Virus record (IMG/VR): IMGVR_UViG_3300037483_000352
Location: 24,084 to 88,083 of that record
DNA length: 64,000 bases
Strand: one strand, 5' to 3'
Origin: a virus
Taxonomy: Duplodnaviria > Caudoviricetes
Shown: one piece after another, positions 61,511 through 64,000 of the stretch
Position numbering within the stretch: the stretch's first letter is position 1
Layout of the letters: the number at the start of each line of letters is the position of its first letter
The notes under the pieces: generated by a model
Databases searched by the model: none
Seen by the model: only the letters and a program-made list of their open reading frames with translations
Told to the model about the DNA's origin: nothing
Position numbers and translations under genes: made by a program

Positions 61511-61566
61511 CTCCTGACGAACCCTTCCCGTCGCACGCGTCGGGGGAGAGTTTCAGGTTCTGAGGA

Positions 61567-63207
61567 TCACGACTGCCAAGGCCACTTCGCCGACCGGCCG
61601 CCGTCCAGCAGGCCGACCATGGTGAACAGCTTGTCACTGAATCCGCCGACCTCGTACCGGTTGCGCTGCGAGGTGTCCAGCGGAGAGGCCTGGTACCCGG
61701 ATGTGTCGATCGAGAACAGCGGCACACTCTCGGGGATCACGTTGCCCAGTGTGGACCAGCCGGACACGAAACGTCCGTACTGGCCGTCGTGGCAGATGAT
61801 CACCCGGTCGTGTCCCCTGTAGGTGGCCTGGAGAGCCGCCACGGTGTTGGTGCCGTGGCCGACCTTGCCAACGCACCGGTCGAACGACTCCATGTCCCGG
61901 AGCACAGAACCACCCAGCGTCAGCTGGAACCGGAACGCGTCATCGGCGAACCCGACCACGTCCACCGAACCCAGGGACCGGTGAGCGAACGTCAGGCCGA
62001 CCAGGGCCGCCACGTCCACGTGCCGGACCATGGACTTCGCGGACACGGGGTCGCGCATGGATCCTGACGTGTCGACCATCACCAGGGTCCGGCCGGTGAA
62101 CTCCGGGACGTTCGCCATGGAGTAACGCAGGGCCACCTCAAGGGCGTGACCCCACCGCAGCGAGGGCGCCGCCTTGTACGCGGACAGGAACCGGTAGGGG
62201 AACTGCCTGGACTTCGCGATCTGCTCGGGGTCCATCAGCCGGGATGTCACGAGCTGCGCAGCCTTGTCCGAGACCCCGGCCTCGTCGAAGTTCCGGAGGT
62301 TGCGGATCAATGCCATGATCCCCATGTTAGGGATCATGGCCTCCCACACCTTGCGCTTGTCGGCCGACACGTTGCCGGACAGCGACACCGCGTCCTCCCA
62401 CGTCATGCCCGCCGCGCGCAGCCGGTCCGGGTCGTACAGCCACTCAGGGTGGCGGTCAACATCGGCACGCAATGCGCGGTTCGCGAGCACCACCGCCAGG
62501 GACTCCGGGACCTGCTCCGGGTGACCCGGGCCGGACAGACGGGGACGCCGGTGCAGCGCGTAGGTGAACAGGTCGGCCTGCTCCGGGCTGTTCGGCTTGG
62601 GGTGCACGAACTCCTGGACGTCACCGAAGCGCATGCCACGGGACGCGGTGTCGTACTTCAGCAGCGAGTGCTGGTGGTACAGGCGCCGGACCGCGTCAGC
62701 CACACCACGCTTGACCGGCATGGGGAGGTTCCGTCCGTAGTGCGCGACCCAGTACGCGAGGAACTCACCCGGCTCGTCGGGGCGCTGGAGTACCGCGTCG
62801 ATGAACGCGCGCGGGCCGGTGAGCCGCTTCGCGGAGTGGTCCGGGAGGTCGGCTTCGAAGGGATCGAGTCCGCCCGCCAGTCGTGCCCGGGTGCCGACCG
62901 CAGCGGCCACCAGGGAAGCGCTGCGCATGTTGGCCTCGCCACGGAGCCAGCGCAGGAAGTCCAGGAAGTCAGCGGGCTGGCTGACGGCCGCCGTCTGGCA
63001 CAGATCGGCGAAGCGGCTGTCGCGGCCATCGGCCGACTCGTAGAACGTGTCCTCGCCGACCATGTTGACCACGGCGAGGAGGACCAGTTCGGACAGCGAG
63101 TCACGGACCCAGGCCCGGCCGCCCTCGTGGGTGACGGTCTCGGCAACGGTGGTCGCCGGGTGAGACACAGCCGGGCGTACGCCGAGCCGGTTGAACTTCG
63201 CGCACAT
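61567..63207 (-). CDS. rsr: Ro60 ortholog (TROVE plus vWA domains)
   Basis: DTFYE, RGEANMR, LQRPDE, ALIRNLRNF, SRQFPYRF..AY; MIDAS DTSGSM. Confidence 0.92.
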   Translation of the reverse strand: MCAKFNRLGVRPAVSHPATTVAETVTHEGGRAWVRDSLSELVLLAVVNMVGEDTFYESADGRDSRFADLCQTAAVSQPADFLDFLRWLRGEANMRSASLVAAAVGTRARLAGGLDPFEADLPDHSAKRLTGPRAFIDAVLQRPDEPGEFLAYWVAHYGRNLPMPVKRGVADAVRRLYHQHSLLKYDTASRGMRFGDVQEFVHPKPNSPEQADLFTYALHRRPRLSGPGHPEQVPESLAVVLANRALRADVDRHPEWLYDPDRLRAAGMTWEDAVSLSGNVSADKRKVWEAMIPNMGIMALIRNLRNFDEAGVSDKAAQLVTSRLMDPEQIAKSRQFPYRFLSAYKAAPSLRWGHALEVALRYSMANVPEFTGRTLVMVDTSGSMRDPVSAKSMVRHVDVAALVGLTFAHRSLGSVDVVGFADDAFRFQLTLGGSVLRDMESFDRCVGKVGHGTNTVAALQATYRGHDRVIICHDGQYGRFVSGWSTLGNVIPESVPLFSIDTSGYQASPLDTSQRNRYEVGGFSDKLFTMVGLLDGGRSAKWPWQS

Positions 63208-63261
63208 AGATGTGGCCTCTCGTGATTCGGGGGGATGATCACGAGAGGCCGGTCAAGCTGT

Positions 63262-63382
63262 GGTGTCCGAGGTCGCCGTTGGACGTGGGGCGCGCCGCCT
63301 GCGGCGCTACCGGGACCCGGAGGTCCCGGATGGAATCGAACCATTACTCAGGAAGTAACCCGCGTCTGTCGCAGCGGACACC
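63262..63382 (-). ncRNA. yrlA: YrlA-type Y RNA with a circularly permuted tRNA-like domain
   Basis: Terminal stem GGTGTCCG/CGGACACC; T-arm ATGG-TTCGATT-CCAT, closed acceptor stem CCGGGACC-TCCG-GGTCCCGG, then a TA-GCGC..GG..GCGC D-arm; adjacent to Ro60. Confidence 0.8.
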
Positions 63383-63394
63383 GCTGCATGAGGT

Positions 63395-63475
63395 GGCCTC
63401 CCGAGATCACTTGGTGCCGGTCGGATTTGGATCCTTGGAAGGGAAGTATCCGGTTGGCTTCGCAGCGGGAGGTGC
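63395..63475 (-). ncRNA. Short Y-RNA-like gene C
   Basis: Terminal stem plus the shared UGCGA, UACUUC and GUGAUCU elements. Confidence 0.65.
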
Positions 63476-63500
63476 CGATATTGAGTTGTGGTGGTCGTGC

Positions 63501-63580
63501 TGTGTAGCCAGAGATCACTAGTTGGCGGTCGGGATCTTTCGATGCGGTGAAGTACCCGGTTGCCCTCGCAGCTAGCCACA
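63501..63580 (-). ncRNA. Short Y-RNA-like gene B
   Basis: Same architecture; variable domain contains AUC-GAAA-GAU. Confidence 0.65.
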
Positions 63581-63608
63581 AGATCTTGAGTTGTCGGACA
63601 GACAGCGA

Positions 63609-63675
63609 GCCCGAGATCACTAGTTGGCGGTCGGCGTTTCACCAATTGAAGTAGCCGGTTGCCTTCGCATCGGGC
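63609..63675 (-). ncRNA. Short Y-RNA-like gene A
   Basis: Terminal stem GCCCGA/UCGGGC; same conserved elements. Confidence 0.65.
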
Positions 63676-63698
63676 CCGTGTTCTGTTGTCCTGCGTCC

Positions 63699-63727
63699 AT
63701 CCTACGTGATCGTTCTGGGTACGCGAA
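63699..63727 (-). promoter_or_regulatory. Candidate promoter for the Y RNA-Ro60 operon, TTCGCG-17-TAGGAT
   Basis: The -10 matches Streptomyces TAGRRT; the -35 is weak. Confidence 0.45.
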
Positions 63728-64000
63728 ACGGATCATCACAGATCTTTACTGGTGGTGGACCGGAACCCGGGCGGGTGACCGCTACGCGGTTATGCAAGAT
63801 CAATGTATGGATATTTATGATCTATCCAGATATGCATGATCATGCATGACGGCCGCGTAAGGATCTTGCATAACGGTTCATGCGTAACCCCATTCAGAAA
63901 CGATGATCGTTGATCATGCCTCTGACCTGCGGTTTTGCGGCCGACCTAAGATCTTTTATGCGTTCGATCCGTATGGATCTTAGGGGGTTATCACACCCAT

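Noticed and set aside
63290-63350. GGTTCGATTCC suggesting a fourth tRNA
   Set aside because: Arm order is permuted (T-arm before D-arm) with no anticodon arm or open acceptor end, which fits YrlA
63395-63675. Repeat-spacer pattern resembling a CRISPR array
   Set aside because: Units are degenerate, 65-120 nt long and self-closing into stems; there are no cas genes, and adjacency to Ro60 explains them as Y-like RNAs

Overview
GC-rich, actinobacterial (Streptomyces-like) tailed-phage sequence with two convergent arms that meet at a bidirectional terminator near 25.3 kb. The + arm (1-25.3 kb) holds an HNH gene, a Streptomyces-plasmid-type conjugation module (DUF2637-like, TraA-like, TraB FtsK translocase, small membrane proteins), a ~1 kb control region, ~55 small early genes (DUF932-like, HU, LuxR, permuted papain-like) and three tRNAs. 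The - arm (63.7 to 25.3 kb) holds a Ro60/TROVE gene preceded by four tandem Y-RNA-like genes, a virion accessory block, a four-gene DNA-modification operon, terminases, a portal fused to an ADP-ribosyltransferase-like domain, a protease-capsid fusion, a siphovirus tail and a complex lysis region. The strongest candidate for a new system is the ParB-like / C5-cytosine transferase with motif X GRAV instead of GNAV / AsnB-like amidotransferase / CmoA-like operon, predicted to make 5-carboxymethyl-C and amidate it to 5-carbamoylmethyl-C. No integrase, repressor, replicase or DNA polymerase gene is recognisable, so the genome probably extends beyond the window. All family assignments come from motifs read by eye; no searches were run.
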